Below are positions 40,117 through 51,631 of a stretch of DNA of 64,000 nucleotides, one piece after another. Every line of letters begins with the position of its first letter. Position 1 is the first letter of the stretch. The stretch is from Mustelus asterias. Taxonomy: Eukaryota. Made by a program: the position numbers and the translations under genes. The notes under the pieces are model-generated. The model was not told the DNA's origin. It ran no database searches and worked only from the letters and a program-made list of their open reading frames with translations. Where the stretch lies: positions 62,001-126,000 of the forward strand of contig NW_027590143.1 of NCBI RefSeq assembly GCF_964213995.1. Reading direction: 5' to 3'.

Positions 40117-40810
40117 CTCAGATGCGGAGACAGGAGGAGGTTTGAGTCTGTCTGAAGATCAATCTTCATTCACACAAAGCCCGCGCTCTGATTGGCTGGA
40201 AAACCAGAGTCCTTCCGGTCCTCCAACTCTTCCCATTGGTCAACACCTCAGCATGAAGATCAGAGGGTGGATTCTCCCCCGCACATGTGCAGCTTCCCCC
40301 TCCCTTGGACATGCGCAGTCCCGGGCCGGGCGGAGGGGGAGCTCACCGAGCGGCTTCTCGCTCTGGCCGGAGCCGTCAGCCGGTTGCCTGGAAACCTTGG
40401 CTCGAGGAGGTGCAGGGGGAGGGGAACAATGGGTGGGGGCGGGGCTCCAGGGTCCACCCGCCCGGGCCTGCTCACTGGAACCTGGAATCGTCACCGCGGA
40501 GCACAGTGATTCCTATTGGCTGACTCAGGCAGGGCTCCATTGTGACATCACAATGTGGAAGTTGTCCAATGAGCTTCAGAGTGAATCTTCCTCCTCTGGG
40601 CAACATCTGGGGGGAAATCAATGTTTCCCCCTTTCCATTTCTTTTCTCATTCTGGGGGAAATTGGGGACTTGCAGCAACTGAAGGGAACGAAGTGAATTT
40701 GGTCTGTATATTCCACACATTTCTACTCCAGTAATGTAGACATTTATCTGTCTGGCAGCCTGCATGGAAATTTTCAGCTCTCTGCATCCAGGGCAAGAAG
40801 CAGTGAGCAT
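40117..40810. promoter_or_regulatory. Duplicated ZNF promoter module with a plus-strand exon1/mini-exon pair
   Basis: 40117-40560 is homologous to 9155-9600; palindrome CATTGTGACATCACAATG at 40538-40555; 40625-40700 is an inverted copy of 9060-9135; 40750-40823 is an inverted copy of the mini-exon at 37060-37130. Confidence 0.65.
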
Positions 40811-40824
40811 GGATCTGTCAATCA

Positions 40825-41212
40825 CACATGAGGACGGCCTCAACCGGGATCTTGAGTTCATGACACACTATCTGTAACCCCCACCACTTGCCTGGGCTTG
40901 AAAAATCTCACTAACTGTCCTGGCTGGAGACAATACACATCTCTTTAACCTGTGCTTAACCCTCTCTCCACTCACATTGTCTGTACCTTTAAGACTTGAT
41001 TACCTGGAAAGACTCACATTCCAACCATTATTCTGTAAATTGAGTTTGTGTCTTTGTGCCCTGTTTGTGAACAGAACTCCCACTCACCTGATGAAGGGGC
41101 AGCGCTCCGAAAGCTAGTGGCTTATGCTAACAAATTAACCTGTTGGATTTTAACCTGGTGTTGTGAGACTTCTTACTGTGCTTACCCCAGTCCAACGCCG
41201 GCATCTCCACAC
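40825..41212 (+). mobile_element. Penelope-like element 3' end with hammerhead motif
   Basis: THEDGLNRDLEFMTHYL* then pseudo-LTR; CAC-CTGATGA-AGGGGCAGCGCTCC-GAAA-GCTAGTGGCTT at 41085-41126. Confidence 0.8.
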
Positions 41213-41777
41213 TCTGAGTGGAAACAGAGAGAATTAGGAGAGGCCGGAGGTGAGGAGAGATATTTTATACATCTACAACTCAACAGGAACTTTGACAGAA
41301 TTTCCAAACCCTGTGAACACCATCAGCTCCAAGTTCCTCTCCAACTCACACACCATCCTGACTTGTCTGACATCCAGTACTGAAAGAACAGAAATTTATT
41401 TCATATAAATACTGGGAAGACTGAACCCATTGTGTTCAGTCCCCACTACAAACTCCACTCCCTCACCAACAACTTTCTCTCTCCTCCTGGCAACTGTCTG
41501 AGGCTGAACCAGGCTGTTCACAACCAGGGTGAAATAGTTCATCCCAAGATGAGCTTCCAGCCACATGTCCACATCATCATCAAGACCACCTTCATTCATA
41601 GATGCATTAATCGTAATTAATTAATAATAATGAATAATAAAATACAGTGTAGGAGGCCGCCATTCAGCCCATCGAGCCTGCACCGACAACAATCCCATCC
41701 AGGCCCTATCCACATATTTCCCTGTTAACCCCCTGATAGCAAGTGGCAATTTATCATGGCCAATCTTTCTAACCGGC

Positions 41778-43240
41778 ACATAGAGGCATAGAATATTACA
41801 GCACAGAAACAGGCCTTTTGGCCCTTCTTGGCTGTGCCGAACCATTTTTCTGCCTCGTCCCACTGACCCGCACCTGGACCATATCCCTCCATACCCCTCT
41901 CATCCATGTACCTGTCCAAGTTTTTCTTAAATGTTAAAAGTGAGCCCGCATTCACCACTTCATCTGGCAGCTCATTCCACACTCCCACCACTCTCTGCGT
42001 GAAGAAGTCCCCCCTAATATTCCCTTTAAACTTTTCCCCCTTCACCCTTAACCCACGTCCTCTAGTTTTTTTCTCCCCGAGCCTCAGTGGAAAAAGCCTG
42101 CTTGCATTCACTCTATCTATACTCATCATAATTTTATACACCTCTATCAAATCTCCCCTCATTCTTCTACGCTCCAGGGAATAAAGTCCTAACCTATTCA
42201 ACCTTTCTCTGTAACTCAGTTTCTCAAGTCCCGGCAATATCCTTGTAAACCTTCTCTGCACGCTTTCAACCTTATTAATATCCTTCCTGTAATTAGGTGA
42301 CCAAAACTGCACACAATACTCTAAATTCAACCTCACCAATGTCTTATACAACCTCATCATAACATTCCATCTCTTCTACTCAATACTTTAATTTATAAAG
42401 GCCAATGTACCAAAAGCATTCTTTACAACCCTATCTACCTGTGACGCCACTTTTAGGGAATTATGTATCTGTATTCCCAGATCCCTCTGTTCTACTGCAC
42501 TCTTCAGTGTCCTACCATTTACCTTGTATGTTCTACCTTGGTTTGTCCTTCCAAAATGCAATACCTCACACTTGTCTGCATTAAACTCCATCTGCCATTT
42601 TTCAGCCCATTTTTCTAGCTGGTCCAAATCCCTCTGCAAGCTTTGAAAACCTTCCTCACTAAACACTACACCTCCAATCTTTGTATCAACAACAAATTTG
42701 CTGATCCAATTTACCACATTATCATCCAGATCATTGATATCGGTGACAAACAACAATGGATCCAGCACTGATCCATGTGGCACACCACTCGTCACAGGCC
42801 TCCAATCAGAGAAGCAATCCTCCACTACCACTCTCTGGCTTCGTCCATTGAGCCAATGTCTAATCCAATTTACTACCTCTCCATGTACACCGAGCGACTG
42901 AACCATCCTAACTAACCTCCCATGTGGGACCTTGTCAAAGGCGTTACTGAAGTCCATGTAGACAACATCCACTGCCTTCCCTTCATCCACTTTCCTGGTA
43001 ACCTCCTCGAAAAACTCTAATAGATTGGTTAAACATGCCCGACCACGCACAAAGCTGGACTCTCCCTAATAAGTCCCTGTCTATCCAACTATTTGCAGAT
43101 CCTATCTCTTCGTACTCCTTCCAATAATTTATCTGCTACTGACATCAAAGTTACCGGCCTATAATTTCCCACATTACTTTTTGAGCCTTTTTAAACAACG
43201 GAACAACATGAGCTATCCTCCAATCATCCGGCACCTCACC
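41778..43240 (-). mobile_element. CR1 LINE RT + 3' UTR fragment
   Basis: ORFs 42388..43050 (YMDFSNAFDKV, GVPHGSVL) and 41725..42360. Confidence 0.93.
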
Positions 43241-43243
43241 TTT

Positions 43244-43596
43244 GGGGCGGCACAGTAGCACAGTGGTTAGCACTGCGGCTTCACAGCTCCAGGGACCTGG
43301 GTTCGATTCCCGGCTTGGGTCACTGTCTGTGTGGAGTTTGCACATTCTCCTCGTGTCTGCGTGGGTTTCCTCCGGGTGCTCCGGTTTCCTCCCACAGTCC
43401 AAAGATGTGCGGGTTAGGTTGATTGGCCATGCTAAAAATTGTGCTTAGTGTCCTGAGATGCATAGGTTAGAGGGATTAGTGGGTAAATGTGTGGGGATAT
43501 GGGGGAAGGGCCTGGGCGGGATTGTGGTCGGTGCAGACTCGATGGGCCGAGTGGCCTCTTTCTGTACTGTAGGGTTTCTATGATTTCTATGATTTC
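43244..43596 (+). mobile_element. Full-length young HE1-like V-SINE (a partial minus-strand copy follows at 43640-43795)
   Basis: GGGCGGCACAGTAGCACAGTGGTTAGCAC head, V-domain, TTTCTATGATTTCTATGA tail. Confidence 0.9.
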
Positions 43597-43844
43597 TCAC
43601 CCGTGGATACCAACATTTTAAATATATCTGCCAGGGCCCTTTGGACTGTGGAAGGAAACCGGAACACCCGGAGGAAACCCACACAGACACGGGGAGAATG
43701 TAGAAACTCTGCACAGACAGCGACCCGAGGCTGGAATTGAACCCGGGTCCCTGGCGCTGTTAGGCAGCTGCACGAACCACTGTGCCACCGGGTCACATGT
43801 CAGTGCCATCGCCCGACTCCAGCCCAGTCTCAGCTCATCTGGAA

Positions 43845-44065
43845 CCCTCACGCATTCCATTGTGACGTCACACTCTCACCATTCCATTGTGACGTCACAC
43901 CCTCACCCATTCCATTGTGACGTCCCACCCTCACCCATTCCATTGTGACGTCACACCCTCACCCATTCCATTGTGACGTCACACTCTCAACCATTCCATT
44001 GTGACGTCACACCCACACCCATTCCATTGTGACGTCACACTCTCACCCACTCCATTGTGACGTCA
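43845..44065. repeat. 28-bp minisatellite x8, each unit with a CRE palindrome
   Basis: Unit CATTCCATTGTGACGTCACAC(C/T)CTCACC; TGACGTC at 43863, 43890, 43918, 43946, 43974, 44002, 44030 and 44058 (7 perfect TGACGTCA). Confidence 0.95.
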
Positions 44066-44099
44066 GGGCTTCACTCTCCGATCACAATCCCTGCCGGCC

Positions 44100-44600
44100 T
44101 CCCACATGCAGCCTCAATGGCGGCAGTCAGCCCGGGTCTAACACTACAAGCTGCCGCTCCATTTGGTACAAAGGGGAGGGACCGGGAAGTTCATTTCCGG
44201 GGTTTGGGTTTGAACAACATGTTTACAAAGTCTCTCCACCCACCCGCCACATTTATCATTCCCCGCACGCCGCCCCCGACCTCGTATTGATCTCGCTTCC
44301 GAGTTAAAACCGTCCGTCTGTCGCCATTACCCGCACTGCGCATGCTTCAGGTCCCGCCCCTCATTCACTCCGATTGGTTGGAGGACCAGCCGCTCCCGCT
44401 CGGTCCTCCAGCCCCGCCCCCTCTTACTATTGGTCCAGAGCTGCCGTCAATCAGTCCCCGGGCATTGTGATGTGGAGCATGCGCAGTGTCATTGCTGTCC
44501 TTGGCGCTTGTTTGTCCCGGAGAAGCGGAGTCAGCGTTAGGCGGTGGCTGGGAGGATTTGGAAACACTTTGTGGATCCGCAAACCCTTCAGAATCATTGT
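44100..44600 (+). promoter_or_regulatory. CpG-island promoter of ZNF-5, possibly bidirectional
   Basis: ETS-like CCGGGAAGT/TTCCGG, NRF1-like TGCGCATGC and GCATGCGCA, GC boxes CCGCCCC, ATTGG boxes, GGAGGACC...GGTCCTCC inverted repeat. Confidence 0.7.
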
Positions 44601-44908
44601 CAGCTCCCTGGTTTGCAGCTGCGGGGCTTCTCCCTCCCTCCCTCCCGGGAACAGGCCCAGGTTAACGGCCCCATCCTGGCTCAGCCACTGGAGGATGGTT
44701 CACATCAGAGGATGGGGGAGGGGGACAATAAATAAGAGGTTACACTTTGGCCTCAAATCAATGAGGACTCTGATCTCTGGGAAGGAAGGAAACCCTGGGA
44801 GGTGGGCGGGGTGGATTCACAAACACCCGCTGGAGGCCCCAACACCCCCAATAAGACCCATTGGTTTTATTGTCAGTCTGCAGACAGGAGCTGGAGAACT
44901 GAACCCAG

Positions 44909-45195
44909 TAAGAAGTCTCACAACACCAGGTTAAAGTCCAACAGGTTTATTTGGTAGCAAAAGCCACTCGCTTTCGGATCACTGCTCCTTTGTCAGGTGA
45001 GTAGGACTTGTGTTCATAAACGGGGCATATATATTGACACAAACTCAATTTACAAGATAATGGTTGGAATGCGAGTCTTTCCAGGTAATCAAGTCTTAAA
45101 GGTACAGACAATGTGAGTGGAGGGAGAGTTAAGCACAGGTTAAAGAGATGTGAATTGTCTCCAGCCAGGACAGTTCGTGAGATTTCCACATCAAT
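44909..45195 (-). mobile_element. Penelope-derived non-autonomous insertion with target-site duplication
   Basis: 12-bp direct repeat AACTGAACCCAG at 44897-44908 and 45196-45207; body matches the pseudo-LTR at 40900-41180. Confidence 0.85.
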
Positions 45196-45677
45196 AACTG
45201 AACCCAGACAGAGGAGAGGGAGGGAGAAAATGGAGTGGAGGAAATAAATGGTGGAGATGTTGAGATGGGTTTGGATTTCAGCCCAGGGAGGAGGTCGAGT
45301 GTATGGGACGGGGATTCCTTGATTTGGGGAACAAGAGAGGAAAATATGTTGCAGAGAAATTTCAGAATTTCTATCCTGCACTGACAGTGATGGTATTTAT
45401 AAACTGTTTTTGCAGGATATTATGAAGCAAGATTTACAGATATGAAACTCAAACCAAACTTCACATCAAGATCTGTTTCAGTGATTTGATTCATCAGAAA
45501 CTGAATATCATCAGCCTTTGTCTACAGAAGGAGAAATGTTTATTCTGTCTGCGGGCAAAGATTTCAAACATCAGTGTGACTGAAAAAGCACCTACACACA
45601 CACACACCTGTGAGTTTCCAATGTGCTGAATGTGGAAAGTGGTTTAACAAGTCTGAAAAATAATCACATCATTCTCA

Positions 45678-46988
45678 GTGAGTAGTGACCCGACACATAT
45701 TCTGTGTAAACGAGGCTTCAACTCATCATCCAACCTGGAGTCACATGAGGACACCCGCTCCACAGAGAAACCATTGAAATGTGGGGACTGTGGGAGGGGA
45801 TTCAATTACCCGTCCGAATTGGATATTCATCGTCGCATTCACACTGGAGCGAGGCCGTTCACCTGCTCTGAGTGTGGGAAAGGATTTGCTTACTCATCCA
45901 GCCTCTATACACACCGGCGTGTTCACACTGGTGAGAGGCCATTCACCTGCCTCGAATGTGGGAGGGGATGTCATGCTTTATCAAGCCTCCTGATTCACCG
46001 GCAGGTTCACTCCGATCAGAGACTGTTTCAGTGTTCTGATTGTGAGAAAAGCTTTAAAAGCACAAAGGACCTCCTGAGACACCAGCGCACTCACATGGCG
46101 GTGAGACCGTTCACCTGCTCAGTGTGTGGGAAGGGATTCACTCAGTCATCCCACCTTCTGACACACCAACTTGTTCACACTGATCAGAGACCATTTCAAT
46201 GTTCTGACTGTGAGAAGAGATTTAAAAGTAAAAATGATTTACAAGTCCATCAGCGCACTCACACTGGGGAGAAGCCATTCACCTGCTCCGTGTGTGAGAG
46301 GAGATTCGGACGTTTATCCCAGCTGCAAACACACCAGCGAGTTCACTCTGATAAGAGACCATTTCAGTGTTCTGACTGTGAGAAGAGCTTTAAAAGTAAA
46401 CAGGATTTGGTGACACACCAGCGAGTTCACACTGGGGAGAAACCGTTCACCTGCTCGGTGTGTGGGATGGGATTCACCCATTCATCCCACCGTCTGAGAC
46501 ACCAGCGAGTTCACACCGGGGAGAAACCATTCATTTGCTGTGTGTGTGGGAAGGGATTCACTGATTCACCCCACCTTCTGATACACGAGCGAATTCACAC
46601 TGGGGAGAAACCCTTCACTTGCTCCACATGTGGGAAACGATTCACTCAGCCACCCCAGCTCATTGCACATCAACTGGTCCACACCGATCAGAGACTTTTT
46701 AAATGTTCTGAGTGTGAGAAAAGCTTTAAAAGCTCTAAGGACCTGCTGAGACACCAGCAAATTCACACTGGGGAGAGATCATTCAGCTGCTCCATGTGTG
46801 AGAAAAGGTTCACTCAGTCATCCCACCTGCTGAGACACCAGCAGGTTCACACAGGAGAGAGATCGTTCACCTGCTCCGTATGTGGGAAGAGATTTGCTCG
46901 GTCAGCCAATCTGCTGAGACACCAGCAAGTTCACAAGTCACTGCAGGGATTGGATTCTGCTGTTGCTGCTAATCCCATGCAGGACTGA
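45678..46988 (+). CDS. C2H2 zinc-finger ORF, 14 intact fingers, subfamily A-related (ZNF-5); start codon uncertain
   Basis: Open frame with 14 fingers; ORF begins at GTG, first in-frame ATG at 46095; acceptor TTTTTGCAG ends at 45415. Confidence 0.85.
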   Translation: MSSDPTHILCKRGFNSSSNLESHEDTRSTEKPLKCGDCGRGFNYPSELDIHRRIHTGARPFTCSECGKGFAYSSSLYTHRRVHTGERPFTCLECGRGCHALSSLLIHRQVHSDQRLFQCSDCEKSFKSTKDLLRHQRTHMAVRPFTCSVCGKGFTQSSHLLTHQLVHTDQRPFQCSDCEKRFKSKNDLQVHQRTHTGEKPFTCSVCERRFGRLSQLQTHQRVHSDKRPFQCSDCEKSFKSKQDLVTHQRVHTGEKPFTCSVCGMGFTHSSHRLRHQRVHTGEKPFICCVCGKGFTDSPHLLIHERIHTGEKPFTCSTCGKRFTQPPQLIAHQLVHTDQRLFKCSECEKSFKSSKDLLRHQQIHTGERSFSCSMCEKRFTQSSHLLRHQQVHTGERSFTCSVCGKRFARSANLLRHQQVHKSLQGLDSAVAANPMQD

Positions 46989-47079
46989 ATCATGTTCATT
47001 TATTTATTTATCTATCTATTATTGAAGTAATTAAGAAATAATCCCGTGCAGGACTGAATCATGTTCATTCTGTTATTAA

Positions 47080-48365
47080 GGAGACTGGGGTGGGACACAG
47101 ATAATCTCTGTGCAATCAGGCAGAGTCAACATGGTTTTGTGCAAGGGAAACCATGTTAATTGCTTGTTACTTCCTCAAAGAAATCCAATAAATCAATGTG
47201 GATAAAGTGGAACCTGTGGATGTGGTGTATTTAGATTTCCAGAAGGCATTTGACACGGTGCCACGTCAAAGTTTACCACACTAAATACGAATTCGTAGCA
47301 TAAGGCATATTAGCATGGATAGAGGATTGATCAGCGAATAGGAAACAGAGAGGAGGGAGAAACAAGTCATTTTTGGGATGGCAAAGTGTAGCCTGTGGAG
47401 TGCCACAGGGACCAGTGCTGGGCCCTCAACTATTGACAAACTATTTTCATGACGTGGATGACAGGATCAAAATTTGTTGATGACACAAAGGTAGGTAGGA
47501 AAGTGAGATGTGAATGACCATAACAAGCCTGCAAAGCGATATAGATAGGGTGAGTGAGTGGGTAAAAAGTTGGCAGTTGGAACAAGATTTTTGGATAATG
47601 TGAACTTGTCCATTTGGACAGGAAGGATGGAAAAGCAGTTGATTATTTAAAGAGAGCGAGAGATCGCAGAACTTTGACGTACAGAGGGATCTGGGTGTCC
47701 TGGTACTGTAATCAGGAAACGTTAGTGTGTGGACACAGCAAATGATTAGAAAGGTAAATGAATTGTTGTTTATTGCAGGGATGTTTTGCTGCATTTGTTC
47801 AGGGTATTGGTGAGACCACATCTAGAGTACTGTGTACTCTAGGAGTTTCGATCTCCTTACTTATGAGAGGACTTGTGTGAGAAGTAGCTCGGAGAAGGTT
47901 TACCTGACTGATTCCTGGGATGAGGGAGTTATCATACGAGGAAAAGTTGGACACGTTCGGCCTGTATCTATTGGTGTTTAGAAGAATGAGAGGATCTGAT
48001 TGAAACATATAAAATTCAGAGGGGACTTGACAGAGTGGATGTTGATTGTAGAGAGAGGAGAACTAGAGGCACAGTTTAAAAATGAGGGGTCTCCCATTTA
48101 AGACTGGGATGAGGAGAAACCTTTTCTCTCAGAGGGTTGTTACAGTGTGGAATTCTCTTCCACAGAGAGTGGTGGAGGCTGGCTCACTGAATATTCTGAA
48201 GTCTGAATTTAATAGATTCTTGATTGACAAGAGAGTCAAAGGGTATGAGGGGTAAGAAGGAAAGTGGAGTTGAAGCTATAATCACATCAGCCGGGATCCT
48301 ATTGAATAGTGGAGCAGGCTCGAGGGGCCGAGTGGCCTTCTCCTGCTCCTAATTCACATGTTCCC
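47080..48365 (+). mobile_element. Old degraded CR1 LINE
   Basis: YLDFQKAFD, GVPQGPVLGP and LVRPHLE relics plus the CR1 3' UTR. Confidence 0.8.
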
Positions 48366-49439
48366 ATTGTGATAGTTGGAGTTTGTTTCTGCTGATGTTA
48401 ATTTCCCATAAAACTGAGCTGCAGCTTAATCTACAGAATAGAATCAAATAAATCTTGATGATAAACTAATTGATCAGCCAGAGTCTAACTGAATGACAGA
48501 GCAGACCCAAAGAGCTGAACAACCTACTCCAGTTCCTGTGTAGTTTCTCCCCAGGCTTCTCCCACTCTCTAACTCTGCTCCAGTGCTGGTTTCTGATGAA
48601 GTCTCTTCTGCCCAGGTCTCCCATCACTTTCCATTCATCAGCTGGTGTCTGAGTCCAAGTTTACCAGGAACATGAGGAGGTCATTTATCCCCCTCGAGCC
48701 TGTTCTCTCATTCAGTGAGGTCAGGGCTGATCTGTGACCTAACTCCATTTACCCAGATATTGTTTTAATCCTGACTTCCCCAGTCTGTTACAATGTGATT
48801 GAAAAATAACTTTCATCTCCATCAGACCTTGAATGTAGGAGAATGTCCCAAGGTGAATCTCAGAAACATCAACTGACAAATCAGACAACTGACACGGAGT
48901 CAAAGAAGGGGATGTTAGGAAGGCTGACGAAAGACTTGGTGCAGTGTAAAGGGTGAATGTTAAATGTGTAAATATTCTGCACAGTGATGTATGATCAGAT
49001 GATAAGAGTCTGCTGAGAGATGGTTCTCTGTGAAGCCTCGTGCTGAGCTTTGTTCTGTACATCATTAGAAAAATGTGCAGTTAAAGGTTACGTTTACCAA
49101 CAACCTCCAGCGGTCTCTGTAGATCCTGCCCAATTTCTCGATCCACTTGATCTAAACCTGTCATAATGGTGTTCACCTCAATCAGATCTCCCCTTAGCCT
49201 GTTTCATTCCAAGGAGAACAACTCCAGCTTCTCGAAGCTGACTCTGGAGTTAAAATTCCTCAGTGCTGGAACCATTCTGGTAAATCTCCTCTGCACCTTC
49301 TCAAGGACCATCCCATCCTTCCTAAAGTGTGCTGGCTGGTTATGAACACAATACTCCCATTGTGCTTTAAACAGTGCTTCATAAAGCTTCAGCATAACAA
49401 CCTCAAAAAGACAAACTCAATTTACAAAATAATGTAATT

Positions 49440-49644
49440 TACAAAATACAAAAATTATTTTGTAAATTGAGTTTGTGTCTTTATATGCCCTGTTTGTGAA
49501 CAGAACTCCCAGTCACCTGATGAAGGAGCAGCGCTCTGAAAGCTTGTGGCTTGTGCTACCAAATAAACCTGTTGGACTTTAACCTGGTGTTGTGAGACTT
49601 CTTACTGTGTTTACCCCAGTCCAACGCCGGCATCTCCACATCAT
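49440..49644 (+). mobile_element. Penelope-derived pseudo-LTR with minimal hammerhead motif
   Basis: CAC-CTGATGA-AGGAGCAGCGCTCT-GAAA-GCTTGTGGCT-T-GTG at 49514-49555. Confidence 0.8.
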
Positions 49645-49645
49645 G

Positions 49646-49720
49646 ATTCAGTGATCTCCCAGGCAGAGGCCATTTACCTCACTTCGCCACTAGAGGGAGC
49701 TCCCTCACTGTGATTGTGTG
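49646..49720 (+). promoter_or_regulatory. 75-bp inverted repeat, left arm, with CTCF-like motif
   Basis: CGCCACTAGAGGGAGCTC at 49685-49702 fits the CTCF core; arm matches the reverse complement of 57547-57621 at 70/75 nt. Confidence 0.7.
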
Positions 49721-50761
49721 GAATGAAGGAGTCTTGTGTTATTGTCAATATTTTCATGTTTAATAAATATTTTTGTTAAAAGCTAACTGTCCGTCCAGTG
49801 ACTCTGTTCATCTACATTTCTAAAACAAAAAGGTAAAAGTTACGGTCAATTGAGCCAGGGTTTTATTCTGGGACCTTCCTGCCCAGAAGTAACATCAGCT
49901 GGGATTGTAACTTAGCAGCAGAAACCCATCTTCTGTTCTATTCCCCCAATTCCCACAAAATAGTTTTTAGATTTGGGTGAGTTTGTATAAAATAGAGAAA
50001 GGTGGAGATTCAAGACACTTAACAAGTGAATAAAGGCACAAGATTCCACACATTCTGAACAAACAAAATAAACTTTACTATACACTGTGAGAAAGGAAAA
50101 ACAAGTTACAATATGTGGAAGGTAAAACATGCAAGAACTTTAGAGAGGAAAGGGAGATGGGATGGTAGTTTACAAAGGCATGTGTCAAAGAAATGTTATT
50201 GAGAATTGGGTGATGATACTGAATTTGGAGAGGAAGATATTGACACTATCAGCTGATATGGAGAGGTTGTGCTGTCAATAGCTCAGTGGGAATAGGATTG
50301 AGGGATCAAGAGATGGGTCTCATGGACAAGATGAGCTCTAAGAGGACATGAGGGGAGGCAGGAGAGAAACTGCAGAAAGATGAGAGTTCAGAGCTCAGAT
50401 AAAGGGCAGCGTTAGAGGAGGTTTGTTCCAGTGGGTTAGGGGAAGGAGGGAAGCAGGAGAGGCAGCTGATTGGATTGTCTCAAACTTAGTGACAAAGAAG
50501 ATTGTGAGTTTTATTCCCAATGAGCACTTGTGGGGCGGTGAAGATGGGAGAGGGACAAAGGGAGAGCAACTCAGAAGGAATTCAGTTGTGCTAATGATAT
50601 TAAAAAGATTCACAGTACTGAACACAAAGATAATTGATTTGACCTTTATTCAGAATATTAAACCGTATAACTGGCTGGAGTTCATTAACATCAACAAAAA
50701 CAAACGCAATGAACATATTACAGTCCTGGATAGGATTAACAGCAGATTCCAATCACTGTGG

Positions 50762-51631
50762 TTACTGGTGAATTCTTTGGTGTCTAAGCAGGTAGGATGA
50801 CCGAGTGAATCTCTTCCCACTCTCAGAGCAGGTGAATGGCCTTTCCCCAGTGTGAGCTCGCTTGTGTCTCAGCAGGCTGGAGGACTGAATGAATCCCTTC
50901 CCACATTCAGAGCAGGTGAATGGCCTTTCCCCAGTGTGGATGCGCTGGTGTAGAATGAGGTGATTTGATTGCCTGAACCCAGTAGCACAGTAAAGGCACC
51001 TGAACGGTCTCTCATCAGTGTGAATACGTTGATGGGACATCAGTTCCCCTGAACTTTTATAGCACTTCCCACAGTCAGAGCATTTAAAAGGTCTCTCCCC
51101 AGTGTGAATACGCTGGTGTATCAATAGTTTGGATGACCGAGTGAATCCCTTTCCACACTCGGAGCAGGTGAATGGTCTCTCCCCAGTGTGAATTTGCTGG
51201 TGCACAGTAAGGTTATGTGAATGCTTGAACCCAATCCCACAGTGAGAGCACCTGAACAGTCTCTCATCAGTGTGAACACGTTGATGGGACATCAGGTCCC
51301 CAGAATGCTTGAAGCACTTCCCACAGTCTGAGCATTTAAAAGGTCTCTCATCAGTGTGAACTCGCTGATGAGCAAGTAGGTGGGATGACTGAGTGAATCC
51401 CTTCCCACACTCAGAGCAGGTGAACGGCCTCTCCCCAGTGTGACTTCGCCGATGAAGTTCCAGCTGGGATGGGTAATTAAATTCCTTCCCACAGTCCACA
51501 CATTTCCACAGTTTTTCCAAGGAGTGGCTGCACTTACGTTTTGACAGGCCAGAGGATCGGCTGAAGCCTCGTCCACACACAGAACCCGTGTACGGTTTCT
51601 CTCCACTTTGAATAGTGCTTTTTCCTTCCAT
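50762..51631 (-). CDS. C2H2 zinc-finger protein, 8 intact + 2 degenerate fingers, subfamily B (ZNF-6)
   Basis: ATG at 51631 ([14 protein letters not shown]), TAA at 50762-50764; acceptor at 51739-51740. Confidence 0.88.
   Translation of the reverse strand: MEGKSTIQSGEKPYTGSVCGRGFSRSSGLSKRKCSHSLEKLWKCVDCGKEFNYPSQLELHRRSHTGERPFTCSECGKGFTQSSHLLAHQRVHTDERPFKCSDCGKCFKHSGDLMSHQRVHTDERLFRCSHCGIGFKHSHNLTVHQQIHTGERPFTCSECGKGFTRSSKLLIHQRIHTGERPFKCSDCGKCYKSSGELMSHQRIHTDERPFRCLYCATGFRQSNHLILHQRIHTGERPFTCSECGKGFIQSSSLLRHKRAHTGERPFTCSESGKRFTRSSYLLRHQRIHQ

Noticed and set aside
38347-40696. Long plus-strand ORFs (38347..39183, 39140..39847, 39971..40696) and also 9001..9540
   Set aside because: Antisense shadows of the GC-rich Tx1 ORF2 or stop-poor CpG-island sequence; no recognisable domains
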